A stretch of 62,412 bases of DNA, counting the filler, from Deltaproteobacteria bacterium (lineage in GTDB: Bacteria > JAUYMQ01): the NCBI GenBank assembly GCA_030698575.1. It is 8 parts of 8 records of this genome, joined end to end, with 100 filler letters (N's around TTAATTAATTAA, not from the genome) between each part and the next. Parts side by side here need not be neighbours in the genome. Positions count along the whole stretch, not along the records: positions 39,249 to 44,017 come from JAUYMQ010000017.1; positions 44,118 to 47,555 come from JAUYMQ010000020.1; positions 47,656 to 50,248 come from JAUYMQ010000021.1; positions 50,349 to 62,412 come from JAUYMQ010000280.1; 4 more parts are not named here. One strand, 5' to 3'. The position numbers and the translations under genes were made by a program. Of this stretch, positions 43,675 to 52,576 are shown one piece after another. The notes below the pieces were generated by a model that searched no databases, was not told where the DNA came from, and saw only the letters and a list, made by a program, of their open reading frames with translations. Positions within the stretch are counted from its first letter, which is position 1. Each line of letters starts with the position of its first letter.

Positions 43675-43873
43675 GAAAATCCACGCGGCGAGGTTTTCGC
43701 CGGTCCGGATTCAATTATCGGCCTTTAATTCCGGGTACTTGAGAGCGGAGAGGGAAGTCTCAGGAAGGCCCTGTCCGGGGACGAGCGCCGGCGCGCGGGA
43801 GGCGGATTCGGAGGCCAAGAGCAAAGTATTTTATCAATTATTTCAAACGTTTACAGCGAGCAGCCGAAACGCC

Positions 43874-44017
43874 CTACCCGCTCCGGCGCCTGAGGCGCGC
43901 CAGAAGGGTCCCGAGGGCGCCTCCGATCTCCTCGACGCCCAGGACCCGCCCGGCCGCCAGCAACACGCCGATTCCCGCGAAGATCGCCAGGCCGAGCGAG
44001 AGGATCTGGGCGCCCAC
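43874..44017 (-). CDS. C-terminal fragment of a membrane protein, MurJ-like
   Basis: VGAQILSLGLAIFAGIGVLLAAGRVLGVEEI...RLRRRSG*. Confidence 0.5.
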   Translation of the reverse strand: MGAQILSLGLAIFAGIGVLLAAGRVLGVEEIGGALGTLLARLRRRSG

Positions 44018-44117
44018 NNNNNNNNNNNNNNNNNNNNNNNNNNNNNNNNNNNNNNNNNNNNTTAATTAATTAANNNNNNNNNNNNNNNNNNNNNNNNNNN
44101 NNNNNNNNNNNNNNNNN
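44018..44117. other. Artificial contig linker
   Basis: N-TTAATTAATTAA-N. Confidence 0.98.
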
Positions 44118-44312
44118 AAACTGCTCCTTCGACGCGAATTCCAGCATGACCGTCCGCGGGTGCTGGATCGGCCCTTCGACCACCTCGGGCGATTCGTCGA
44201 ATCCCAGCACCCGGCCTCCGTGCGCCGCGATCGTGGGAAGCGCCTTCCCGACGTATTCGTCGAGGAGATTCCTGTCCTCAATTCGACCCTGCGCAATCAC
44301 GTAAACCGGCAT
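44118..44312 (-). CDS. DUF1330 family protein, truncated
   Basis: MPVYVIAQ, AAHGGRVL, EVVEG, RTVMLEF; AAGGAG RBS. Confidence 0.8.
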
Positions 44313-44325
44313 TGGATTGTCTCCT

Positions 44326-44539
44326 TCAAACCGGGGTCAAGCCTGACCCCAGCGCTTTTCGGAGGAAGTAGCGCTTGTGGCCCGGCGGATAGTCGTCGAG
44401 CGTTGCGAAAAGCGTGTAGCCATGGCGCTCGTAGAAGGGCCGCGCCTGATAGCTGAAGGTGTCGAGGTGTGCGTGGGCGCAGCGCCTCAACCTCTCGCGG
44501 GTCGGGTTCAGTCTCGACGGAAAGCCTCAGCTCTTCCAC
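44326..44539 (-). pseudogene. GNAT acetyltransferase with a large internal deletion and frameshift
   Basis: GTG-EELRLSVETEPDPREVEAL joined out of frame to CAHAHLDTFSYQARPFYERHGY...PPGHKRYFLRKAL. Confidence 0.75.
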
Positions 44540-44555
44540 TCCTGGAACTCCTTCT

Positions 44556-45251
44556 TCAGTCCCGGAGCAGCCAGGCATAGCCGCGGCGCATCGCCTCTTT
44601 CCCGCCACTCTCAAGCACGTCACCGTGGGCGATCACGACGCGATCAAAGTCCCACGCGAGGATGCGCTCGAGGCTCTCCCGTGCCGCGCGGCGGTCGCGG
44701 ATGAGCAACGGATCGAGCTTCGAGGGGCCGAAGCTCCCGTAGCTGCGCAGCAGCTTCATGAGCCACCTCGTGGGCGTTGCGGTCCGCGGGCCGAAATTGA
44801 AGGCCAGGTCGCACATGATGAGGGTGCGGCTGGCGCGGTGGAAAAAAACGACCTCGTTCTCGAAGGGCCGGCCGCGGAAGAAGACCTGGTCAACCTGGCC
44901 CTTCCACTCCGCGGGGGCTTCGTCACCCAGCAGTGCAACGTACACGAGATCGGGCCGCTTGCGCTCTACCTTCGGCCCTATCCAAAGCCGCGCCCCAGGA
45001 TAGGCCTTGGCCACATCGCCTGCGTGCAGGTGATGCACGCGGTTCGGCGCGACGGCGAAGGCGACCTGACCGATCGCGTCCAGCTCTTCCCGCAGCGCGG
45101 GCGTTAGCACGACCGGCGAGTGCAGCAGGAGCTTCCCGCTCTTGAGGCGAATGACGGTCATGCGCTTCCCCACCTCGAGCCCGAAATAGCTCTGCGGTCG
45201 CTCCACGACCCAGATATTCTCGGCGAGCCGCTGCAAACCGGCGTCAGACAT
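44556..45251 (-). CDS. DUF4336 family (metallo-beta-lactamase-like) protein
   Basis: RMTVIRL, LHSPV, VAPNRVHHL, EVVFFHRASRTLI.CDL, IAHGD. Confidence 0.85.
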   Translation of the reverse strand: MSDAGLQRLAENIWVVERPQSYFGLEVGKRMTVIRLKSGKLLLHSPVVLTPALREELDAIGQVAFAVAPNRVHHLHAGDVAKAYPGARLWIGPKVERKRPDLVYVALLGDEAPAEWKGQVDQVFFRGRPFENEVVFFHRASRTLIMCDLAFNFGPRTATPTRWLMKLLRSYGSFGPSKLDPLLIRDRRAARESLERILAWDFDRVVIAHGDVLESGGKEAMRRGYAWLLRD

Positions 45252-45357
45252 GAAGAACTCCTTCGCTTCGCATCTTGCCGGGCCAGCAGCCCGACCGTGG
45301 ACCTTACTCGGAAAGCGTTTCTCCCGAGCCCCTGAACACCTCCCACGAACGGATGGC

Positions 45358-45807
45358 CTAGGCTCCCTCGGCGCAAAGCAAGAACGCCGATAGCGCGGCG
45401 TTTGAAAGCATGAGCGTAAAATCAACGATGAAGATCAACAGCATCGGCCCTGCGAAGACAGGCCAGAGCGATTCGCCCTGCCTTCCCCCGCGAAGCGCGA
45501 CTGGGAGATTGAAAGCGAATTGACCCGCATGCGCAAGTGCGAAGACTGCCGCAAACAGGGCGCGTTGCCCCGGTTCCGGAAAGAGCGAACCATAGGCCAG
45601 AAGCAGCGCCGCGAATACCGCGAAGGCGAAGTTCATTCCACCGAGAAACCGGACCGAGGCTGAAACTGTCGCGAACAGCGGCGAGTCTCGCGCGGACTTC
45701 GGGACGAGAATCTTCGCGGAACTGTCCGGCACAATACCGAAGTACCAGAATGCTGCGCCGAACCAGAGGAAATTCAGCGCCAGGACGGTGCTGAATACGG
45801 AGTCCAA
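45358..45807 (-). CDS. Hypothetical four-TM membrane protein
   Basis: Hydrophobic helices, RFLGGMN, HAGQF; probable TTG start. Confidence 0.65.
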   Translation of the reverse strand: MDSVFSTVLALNFLWFGAAFWYFGIVPDSSAKILVPKSARDSPLFATVSASVRFLGGMNFAFAVFAALLLAYGSLFPEPGQRALFAAVFALAHAGQFAFNLPVALRGGRQGESLWPVFAGPMLLIFIVDFTLMLSNAALSAFLLCAEGA

Positions 45808-45832
45808 CGAGAGATCCCTGATTGGCCGGGCG

Positions 45833-46276
45833 TTACCGGGCGCCTTCGGCAGGCTTTCGAATGAAGCCCCAAAGGAGCAGACCGCAACCGAGCACCATGG
45901 CCAGGCCGACCGAGCCGAGGCCGAGGGTGACCAGGGTTTCCTGCCAGGGAGCGCCTGAATGGCCGGCCCCCGCAACCGGCGCCATCGCTTTCGTTCCGAA
46001 CATCGCGGCAAAGGTCACGAACACCCAGTTTGCGAAGGTCCCGTAAATCAACGACCAGTACGTGACCGTCCGATACCTGTCCGGGAGGTGAACGCGAGAC
46101 CAGGCAAGGCCGACGACGAGGAGAAAGGTGCCGTTCATGACGCCTTCGAGATGACCCGACACCCCCATTCTCGGGTTCGTCATGGCGGGGATCGCAAAAC
46201 CGCCCATGAGGCCGAGAAAGAACAGCAGGGCGCCCAGGGCCAGCAGCGACCGGGCGGCTTGTTCGTTGGTATTCAT
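45833..46276 (-). CDS. StyC (styrene oxide isomerase)-like membrane protein
   Basis: Four TM; NPRMGVSGHLEGVMNG and YGTFANW. Confidence 0.6.
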   Translation of the reverse strand: MNTNEQAARSLLALGALLFFLGLMGGFAIPAMTNPRMGVSGHLEGVMNGTFLLVVGLAWSRVHLPDRYRTVTYWSLIYGTFANWVFVTFAAMFGTKAMAPVAGAGHSGAPWQETLVTLGLGSVGLAMVLGCGLLLWGFIRKPAEGAR

Positions 46277-46377
46277 ATCGGTGATCCCTCAGGGAATGGC
46301 GGATGCGGCGGCTTCGCGCATCACTCCTTCCCGGGAAAATCGAAGAAAGCTTCTTCGGCGCCGGAGCCCGTGGCGGC

Positions 46378-46620
46378 TCAGGCCATGAGTTTCAACGCGA
46401 GGTACGGCGCGATGTTCAGGACGATGATGGCGATCTTGTACTGCGCAAGGTACTGGAAATAGGCGCGGCCCAGATCTTTCTCATCGAGCCCGAATAATCG
46501 GGAATGAATCTTCGTAATGCTCTCCCGCATTGCGAGCAATGCGAGCGTTGAAAGCAAGAGAACTCCGACATTGATAGCGGAGGCCCAGCCGAGCAGCTCT
46601 GTGGCGGTTCCCATTGTCAT
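46378..46620 (-). CDS. DUF6868-like small membrane protein
   Basis: LLGWASAIN, IHSRLF, YKIAIIVLNIAPYLAL. Confidence 0.7.
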   Translation of the reverse strand: MTMGTATELLGWASAINVGVLLLSTLALLAMRESITKIHSRLFGLDEKDLGRAYFQYLAQYKIAIIVLNIAPYLALKLMA

Positions 46621-46702
46621 CGTCAATCTCCTCTACTTTAAAACGAGCGCCGGGGTATCCCTTTCCTGATGCTTCCCTCGGCTGCGCGCTCCGCCGGCGC
46701 CG

Positions 46703-47176
46703 CTACCTCTTTAACTCCCGGGTCATGAAAACGCTGTAGGGGTCTTCAACATAGTCCGCGAATGGTCCGCACAGCTCGAACCCGAACCGGGCATACAAGG
46801 CGCGTGCGGGAGCAAACGCCTCCATGGAACCGGTCTCGAGACTCAGGCGCCGATAGCCGCGTTTCCTCGCCACTTCGAGCATGTGCTCAAGCAGCGCCGC
46901 CGCAACGCCTTCGCGTAGGTGTGACGACGCGGTTCGCATCGACTTGAGCTCGCCATGGCTTGCGTCCAGCTCCTTGAGGGCGCCACAGCCCACCAGGTCC
47001 GCCCCCTGCCACACGCTCCAGAAGGTTACGTCGGGTGAACGCAGTGCCACCAGATCCAGTGCGTGGATGCTCTCGGGCGGGGAGTAGAGCGCCACCGACT
47101 CGAGGTGCTCTTGCAACAGCGCGGCAACCTCCGGTCCGCTGAGGTCGTCTGCGCGTATTTCGAATGAACCTGGCAC
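46703..47176 (-). CDS. GNAT N-acetyltransferase (YsnE/YedL-like)
   Basis: SPPESIHALD, HGELKSMRT, LSLETGS, CGPFADY. Confidence 0.88.
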   Translation of the reverse strand: MPGSFEIRADDLSGPEVAALLQEHLESVALYSPPESIHALDLVALRSPDVTFWSVWQGADLVGCGALKELDASHGELKSMRTASSHLREGVAAALLEHMLEVARKRGYRRLSLETGSMEAFAPARALYARFGFELCGPFADYVEDPYSVFMTRELKR

Positions 47177-47254
47177 TTTGGAAGCGTCGAGCGTCCGTCG
47201 CCTACGGTTGAATCCAGTGCCGCCGCGATGTGGCCCGGCAGCCTGGCCCGTATT

Positions 47255-47555
47255 CTAGGCCGCTGCCCGCGCCATACAACACTGTGGCCCGCGAGTAAAA
47301 CGGCAGGCGACTACCGCAAGCCCCGAGCCCAGCACTGGTGCAAGTAAATAGACCCACACTTCCTGGAACTCTCCCCCGACAAGCGCGGGCGCCAACGATC
47401 TTGCCGGGTTCATCGAAGCGCCGGAAATCGGACCCGCGAACAGGGCCGCGCCCGAGCCAGAAGCCGATGGTTACGGCCGGGTTGACGTGGGCGCCCGAGA
47501 TGTCACCGATTGAATAGACCATCGCCGCAACGACGAGTCCGAAGGTGAGGGCAAC
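47255..47555 (-). pseudogene. Aquaporin/MIP with an internal deletion between the two NPA motifs, 5' truncated
   Basis: [16 protein letters not shown] joined out of frame to [22 protein letters not shown]...WVYLLAP...QCC. Confidence 0.8.
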
Positions 47556-47655
47556 NNNNNNNNNNNNNNNNNNNNNNNNNNNNNNNNNNNNNNNNNNNNT
47601 TAATTAATTAANNNNNNNNNNNNNNNNNNNNNNNNNNNNNNNNNNNNNNNNNNNN
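47556..47655. other. Artificial contig linker
   Basis: N-TTAATTAATTAA-N. Confidence 0.98.
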
Positions 47656-48290
47656 GGCCCGCTCGGGTCGGAAACCCGGGGGTTCGGCACCGTCGGACCT
47701 GTCTCGCCCGAGACGATGAGCGTCTGGTTGCCTGAGTGGAAAACGGCCGCATAAACCTCGGTGCCCGCGCTGTTACGCGCCAGCGCGCGCGGATCCTCGC
47801 CGTCGATGGCGATGGTGAAGAGCGCCGTTGAGGTGGGGCTGGCGGCGTCAAACACGTCCACCTGGTTGCGCTGCGAGATCGAGACGAAGGCGCGGTTGTC
47901 GCCGGTGCCCGCGAAGACGACGTCAGCCGGCTCGTCACCGGTCTTGATCGTCTTCCGCACCCGCTCAACACCCGGCGTGAGATCCACGATGCTGATGGTG
48001 TCCGAAACGTGGTTCACCACCCAGGCCTCGCTGTTCGTCCGGGCGCGCACGCTCACCGGCTCCGTCCCCACCGGCACCTCGGCCTGGAGCGAGAGATTGC
48101 CGGAGCCGTCGACGTTGAAGATCGAGAGGCGCGCATCGGGCGTGTTCACCGCCAGCAGCTTCGCTCCGTCCGGGGTCAGTTCCAGCGGATGAACCTGGTG
48201 CCCCTCGAAGTTCACGTACTGCGCATGGGCGATCGGCGCCGCGAGGAAGGCGAAGAGCGAGAGCGTGGCCAGGAGGACGAGAATTCGCAT
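47656..48290 (-). CDS. Secreted YVTN/YncE-type beta-propeller protein, truncated
   Basis: Signal peptide; VPVGTEPVSV, AWVVNHVSDTISIVD, TGDEPADV. Confidence 0.85.
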
Positions 48291-48565
48291 TGAGCATCCC
48301 CAATTCGCGCGAGTGAGTTCGGGGCCCGAGGGCGGGCAACCGGCTTCATTGAATGCACTAACCGTTCAGATTATATGCAATTTTCGTGCGACGGAGGGAA
48401 ACCCGTGCCGCACCCCGCTAGAGCACCGGACTCACGGCGTTTCTTGGGCCAGCGGCCGCGGCGCTCCTCGCCTCGGGTGCGGCTTCCTGGGAAAACTATT
48501 TCCCATATTGGGAACTGTCTTACACAGGGCGCCCGACTCACGCCTGTGTAGGGTTTTCCCCTTGA

Positions 48566-49258
48566 TCAAACAAGGTGGGAGAGGAATGAGTCGATGTCGG
48601 AAAGATCTTCCAGGAGGGCGTCCGGTTTTCCGCGGGCAAGCTCCTCGGGCGTCGTCGAACCGGTTGCGACCGCGACGCAGCGCGCGCCGGCGCCTCGCGC
48701 GGCGGCGATGTCGCGCGTGGTGTCGCCGATGACGACGATGTCTTCGGGCGGGAACTTCCTTCCGGCACGCGCGCAACCACGCGCGATCGCGACCTCGATG
48801 AGCCGCACACGGTCCTCGTGATCCGATCCGTAGCCGCCGAAGGCGAAGAAGCGGTCGAGCCCGGCGCGCGCGAGTTTGATGCTCGCGCCTTGCTCCAGAT
48901 TTCCGGTGGCGAGGCCGAGGACAAATCGGGCATCGGCGGCCAGACTCTCCAGGAGCGCCCCCACGCCCGGCATCACCTCATAACCCGGCGACCGCGGCAC
49001 CTCGCGGGCAAGCGCGGCCAGGTAAGCATTGGCCACGGCTTCCGATTCGGCGGCGCTAAGCGCGCGCCCGAGGTGCGCCCGCGCGACTTCCTGGAAGATC
49101 GCCGGGTCCGTCTTCCCGTCGGGGTGGCAGTCCGCCATGGCGTCGCTCACACCGAAGAGCATTTCGCAGGCGTCGTCGACGCTCCGGAGTCCAGCGCCGC
49201 CCGAGAGGATGAGCGTCCCGTCGACGTCGAATAGAAGGAGCTTTGCGGTTTCAGACAC
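48566..49258 (-). CDS. HAD-superfamily hydrolase
   Basis: LFDVDGTL, ATGN, VIGDTTRD, VATG. Confidence 0.9.
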   Translation of the reverse strand: MSETAKLLLFDVDGTLILSGGAGLRSVDDACEMLFGVSDAMADCHPDGKTDPAIFQEVARAHLGRALSAAESEAVANAYLAALAREVPRSPGYEVMPGVGALLESLAADARFVLGLATGNLEQGASIKLARAGLDRFFAFGGYGSDHEDRVRLIEVAIARGCARAGRKFPPEDIVVIGDTTRDIAAARGAGARCVAVATGSTTPEELARGKPDALLEDLSDIDSFLSHLV

Positions 49259-49416
49259 AGCGCCTATCCTTGAGGGGTTGCGACATCAGTTCCGACGGAG
49301 GCGCGACGGTCGGCCCGGCGGCGTTCCGTCGGCGCAACCTTTTCGGCGGACGGGGCATCTACCCCGATACAGCCGGCACGCCCCGAATATCCATCGCGAC
49401 TCGAGAAGAGCGTTCC

Positions 49417-50248
49417 ATGGCAGAGCACTTCCAATCCAGCCCCCCGCCCTTCACCGAGCGCGTGCGCGCCGCGGAGGTCGTGCTCCGCAAGACCCGCATC
49501 GAGGTTTTGCAGGTAAACGTCGGGAAGCTCTGCAACCAGATCTGCCAGCATTGCCACGTCGATGCGGGCCCCCACCGCAGCGAGATCATGAAGCGGGAAA
49601 CGGCGGAGGCTTGCCTTCGCTTCCTGGCCGACTCCGATATTCCGCTGATCGACATCACCGGCGGCGCACCGGAACTCTGTCCGGAATTCGATCGCCTGGT
49701 GCGCGGCGCCCACGCCCTCGGGCGGCGCGCCATGGATCGCTGCAATCTGACCGTTCTGTTCGAGCCCGGCAAGGCCTACCTGCCTGCATTCTTCCGCGAT
49801 CATCAGGTGGAGCTGGTGTGCTCCCTCCCCTGCTACTCACGCGAGAACGTCGAGCGGCAGCGAGGAGTGGGGGTTTTCGATCGCAGCATCGAGGCGCTTC
49901 AGCTGCTGAACGATCTGGGCTACGGCCGGCCCGGTACGGGCCTCATTCTTGATCTCGTCTACAACCCGGTCGGAACCCATCTCCCGCCGCCGCAGGCCGC
50001 CCTGGAGGCCGACTACAAGAAGGCGCTGGCGGAGGACTTCGGCATAGCCTTCAACCGCCTGATCACGATCACCAACATGCCCATTTCGCGCTTTGCGTCC
50101 TTTCTCCGGAAGTCGCGGAAGTACGAGGAGTACATGCACCTCCTCTCCGAGCACTTCAATGCGGCCACGCTCGACGGCCTCATGTGCCGCAACTTCCTAT
50201 CCGTCGGCTGGGAAGGAACGCTCTACGACTGCGACTTCAACCAGATGC
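49417..50248 (+). CDS. arsS: ArsS-like radical SAM protein (DUF3641), truncated
   Basis: LQVNVGKLCNQICQHCHVDAGP, DITGGAPE, SLPCY, LVYNP, YDCDFNQM. Confidence 0.85.
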
Positions 50249-50348
50249 NNNNNNNNNNNNNNNNNNNNNNNNNNNNNNNNNNNNNNNNNNNNTTAATTAA
50301 TTAANNNNNNNNNNNNNNNNNNNNNNNNNNNNNNNNNNNNNNNNNNNN
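50249..50348. other. Artificial contig linker
   Basis: N-TTAATTAATTAA-N. Confidence 0.98.
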
Positions 50349-50350
50349 GC

Positions 50351-50449
50351 GAAGATAACCACTGGAACGATCAGGGGAACGAGGTGGCCGGGGCTGCCAT
50401 TGCCGAGTTCCTCCTGGCCCGGCAGCTCATTCGCTCGCCTCATCCTTGA
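50351..50449 (+). CDS. C-terminal fragment of an SGNH/AlgJ-AlgX-like protein
   Basis: EDNHWNDQGNEVAGAAIAEFL (DxHWNxxG). Confidence 0.6.
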   Translation, partial: EDNHWNDQGNEVAGAAIAEFLLARQLIRSPHP

Positions 50450-51110
50450 GGGGGCCCAGGGACACCCACTTCCCGAGTTTCTCGTCGTACCGGCGGACTG
50501 GTCGGGCGGGGTTTCCCACGACCACCGTGAAGGGCGCGACCTCGCCGCGGACGACCGCATTCGCGCCGACCACGACGTGCCGGCCCAGAGTGGCGCCGGC
50601 CAGGATGGCAGCCCCGTCTCCGATCCAGCAGGAATCGCCGATAACCACGGGGCGCGGGACCGTCAGCGGCTGGTCCCGCGGCGCGGTGGTCGTGTCCTCG
50701 AATCCGTGGTCGTGATCGGCGATGAGAATCCGCTCGCCCATGAGCACCCTCACTCCGATCTCGATGCGGCCCTTGGCGGTGATGTGGCAGTAGCGTCCGA
50801 TCTGGGTCCCGTCGCCGATGCGGAGCACAGGCTGCTGCGGCGGCGCCACGCTGCCCAGCGCGGCCGCGTACATCGCCGTCGCCTGAAGCAGGCAGCCGGA
50901 CCGCACGTGCGTGCCCGTGCCGAAGTGGATGTTCTCGGCTCCCTCGATGTCGCACCAGGGCGAAATGGAGCTTCCCCGCCCGAAGGATCCAAGATCCTTG
51001 GCGGAGTAGAGCGTGTACAACGCGGTGAAGATCCGCCGGAGCAGGGCGGGCAGTCCCGACCGATCGATCGCCTGGCCGATCCGGAAAGCGATTCGTCGCC
51101 CCCTGCTCAC
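50427..51110 (-). CDS. Hexapeptide-repeat (LbH) acyltransferase
   Basis: LRIGDGTQIG, IADHDH, VVIGDSCWIG, VVVGNPAR. Confidence 0.88.
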   Translation of the reverse strand: MSRGRRIAFRIGQAIDRSGLPALLRRIFTALYTLYSAKDLGSFGRGSSISPWCDIEGAENIHFGTGTHVRSGCLLQATAMYAAALGSVAPPQQPVLRIGDGTQIGRYCHITAKGRIEIGVRVLMGERILIADHDHGFEDTTTAPRDQPLTVPRPVVIGDSCWIGDGAAILAGATLGRHVVVGANAVVRGEVAPFTVVVGNPARPVRRYDEKLGKWVSLGPLKDEASE

Positions 51111-52576
51111 CGGGCACCTCCCGCCGCCAGCGTCTTTATCAGCTCGCGGACGCGTTCGCCGCTCTTTCCGTCGGCGGCGAAGAGATTGTCACTGATGAAT
51201 CGCGCGCGCAGCTCGCGGCGCTCGGTCCCGATCTCTCCCGGGTCAAGTTCGCGCCGCAAGGCCGCGACCAGCTCCGCCGCGCTTCTGGCGCTCACCGCCG
51301 CGCCTTCCCGGGCGTAGGGGAGGGGGTTTTCCTCGCCGAAGGCCTCGAGGCTCACCACCGGCCGCTCGAGCATCATCGCCTCGAGCCCCACGCTCGAGTG
51401 AAACGTGAGAACGGCGTCGGCGGCTGCCAGGAGATCGTACAGATCGACCTCCCCGTGCCGGACGACCGCGGCGTTGTCACTCCAGGCGATGAGCGCCCGG
51501 TAGGGCGCCGCGTCCTCGGACGGATGGAGCTTCACGATCAGCACCGCCTGTTCTCCCCAGGACCGCAGCCCGTCCCGCGCGACGCCGACCATCGCCGCGT
51601 TGCGGGCGAAGGTGATCGGGTTCGTGGCCAGCACTATCCAGCGGGCCGCGGGATTTATGCGAAGCTGCGTCGCGATCGTTTCACGCGGAATCGGCTTCCG
51701 GTTCACGATCGCGTCGAGTCGCGGCGCGCCGGTCACCTCGATCTTCTCGGCCGGCACGCCCCGGGCCTGGAGCCAGCGCGCGCTCGCGTCGCCCCAGGCG
51801 GCGAATTTCGTCGAAACGACCGGCGTGTAGCCCATGTCTCCCACCATCATGCCGTGCTGGAGCGTGAGCGATGGGATGCCGCGCCGGTTCGCCTCCAGTG
51901 TTGCACACCTTCCCCAGAAGCTCGTGTCGGAGGCCGTGACGAGCATCGTCGCGGGATGGGCGTCGAAAAGCCGGTGAAGCCCCAGGCTGGCGGCGGCCGT
52001 GCGGATCGCGGCTCGCATGAGCCAGGCGCGGAACGAATGCCTCTGAAAGACCCGGTGGGCTCCCTGGCGCCTCGCGCGCCGCTGGGCTCGCCAGATGGCC
52101 TTCCCTGCGCCGCGGAGGGACGCGCCCTCGGTCCTCGGCAGGAAATCCCGGATGTCGATCCAGGAGTGCCCCGTCTTCCCCGACAGGGTCTCGGGGTAGG
52201 GCGTAGCCGCCCTTGCTTCCGCGGAGTCGAATTGCTCGAGGACGTGCCTGAGCGTCTCGCGGGTCGAAGGGTTCGCTCCCTCGAAGAGGAAGAGCAGCCT
52301 CGGGTCCTCCGGAACGGGGGGCGGTGGCTCGGGGCGGCTCCCGCCCAGCCGATATCGAAGGTAGACCGCGTGCCCCACGAGCGTCTGCCAGGCCCGTTCC
52401 GCCAGGCGCGGCGAGGCGAAAGCCTGTTCCGTCTGAAGGGCCACGTATACGCTTAGCCGGTTGGTCCCGGCCAGATCGTCTCCCTCGATCTCTATCCCCC
52501 CGAAGATCGTCTCGAACTGGTCGACCGCGCGGTCGAGCTCCCCGAGCACATCGTCGGGACGGCTGCCGTCGGTCAT
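51107..52576 (-). CDS. GT-B-like surface carbohydrate protein, candidate nonulosonate transferase
   Basis: LQHG, FAAWG, TGAPRLD, VKLHPSE, SSVGLEAM; position in a NulO locus. Confidence 0.6.
   Translation of the reverse strand: MTDGSRPDDVLGELDRAVDQFETIFGGIEIEGDDLAGTNRLSVYVALQTEQAFASPRLAERAWQTLVGHAVYLRYRLGGSRPEPPPPVPEDPRLLFLFEGANPSTRETLRHVLEQFDSAEARAATPYPETLSGKTGHSWIDIRDFLPRTEGASLRGAGKAIWRAQRRARRQGAHRVFQRHSFRAWLMRAAIRTAAASLGLHRLFDAHPATMLVTASDTSFWGRCATLEANRRGIPSLTLQHGMMVGDMGYTPVVSTKFAAWGDASARWLQARGVPAEKIEVTGAPRLDAIVNRKPIPRETIATQLRINPAARWIVLATNPITFARNAAMVGVARDGLRSWGEQAVLIVKLHPSEDAAPYRALIAWSDNAAVVRHGEVDLYDLLAAADAVLTFHSSVGLEAMMLERPVVSLEAFGEENPLPYAREGAAVSARSAAELVAALRRELDPGEIGTERRELRARFISDNLFAADGKSGERVRELIKTLAAGGAR

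Noticed and set aside
48370-48392. Sigma54 promoter upstream of the beta-propeller gene (TCGCACG-AAAA-TTGCA, - strand)
   Set aside because: The invariant -24 GG is CG; the adjacent TATAAT lacks a -35; not supportable
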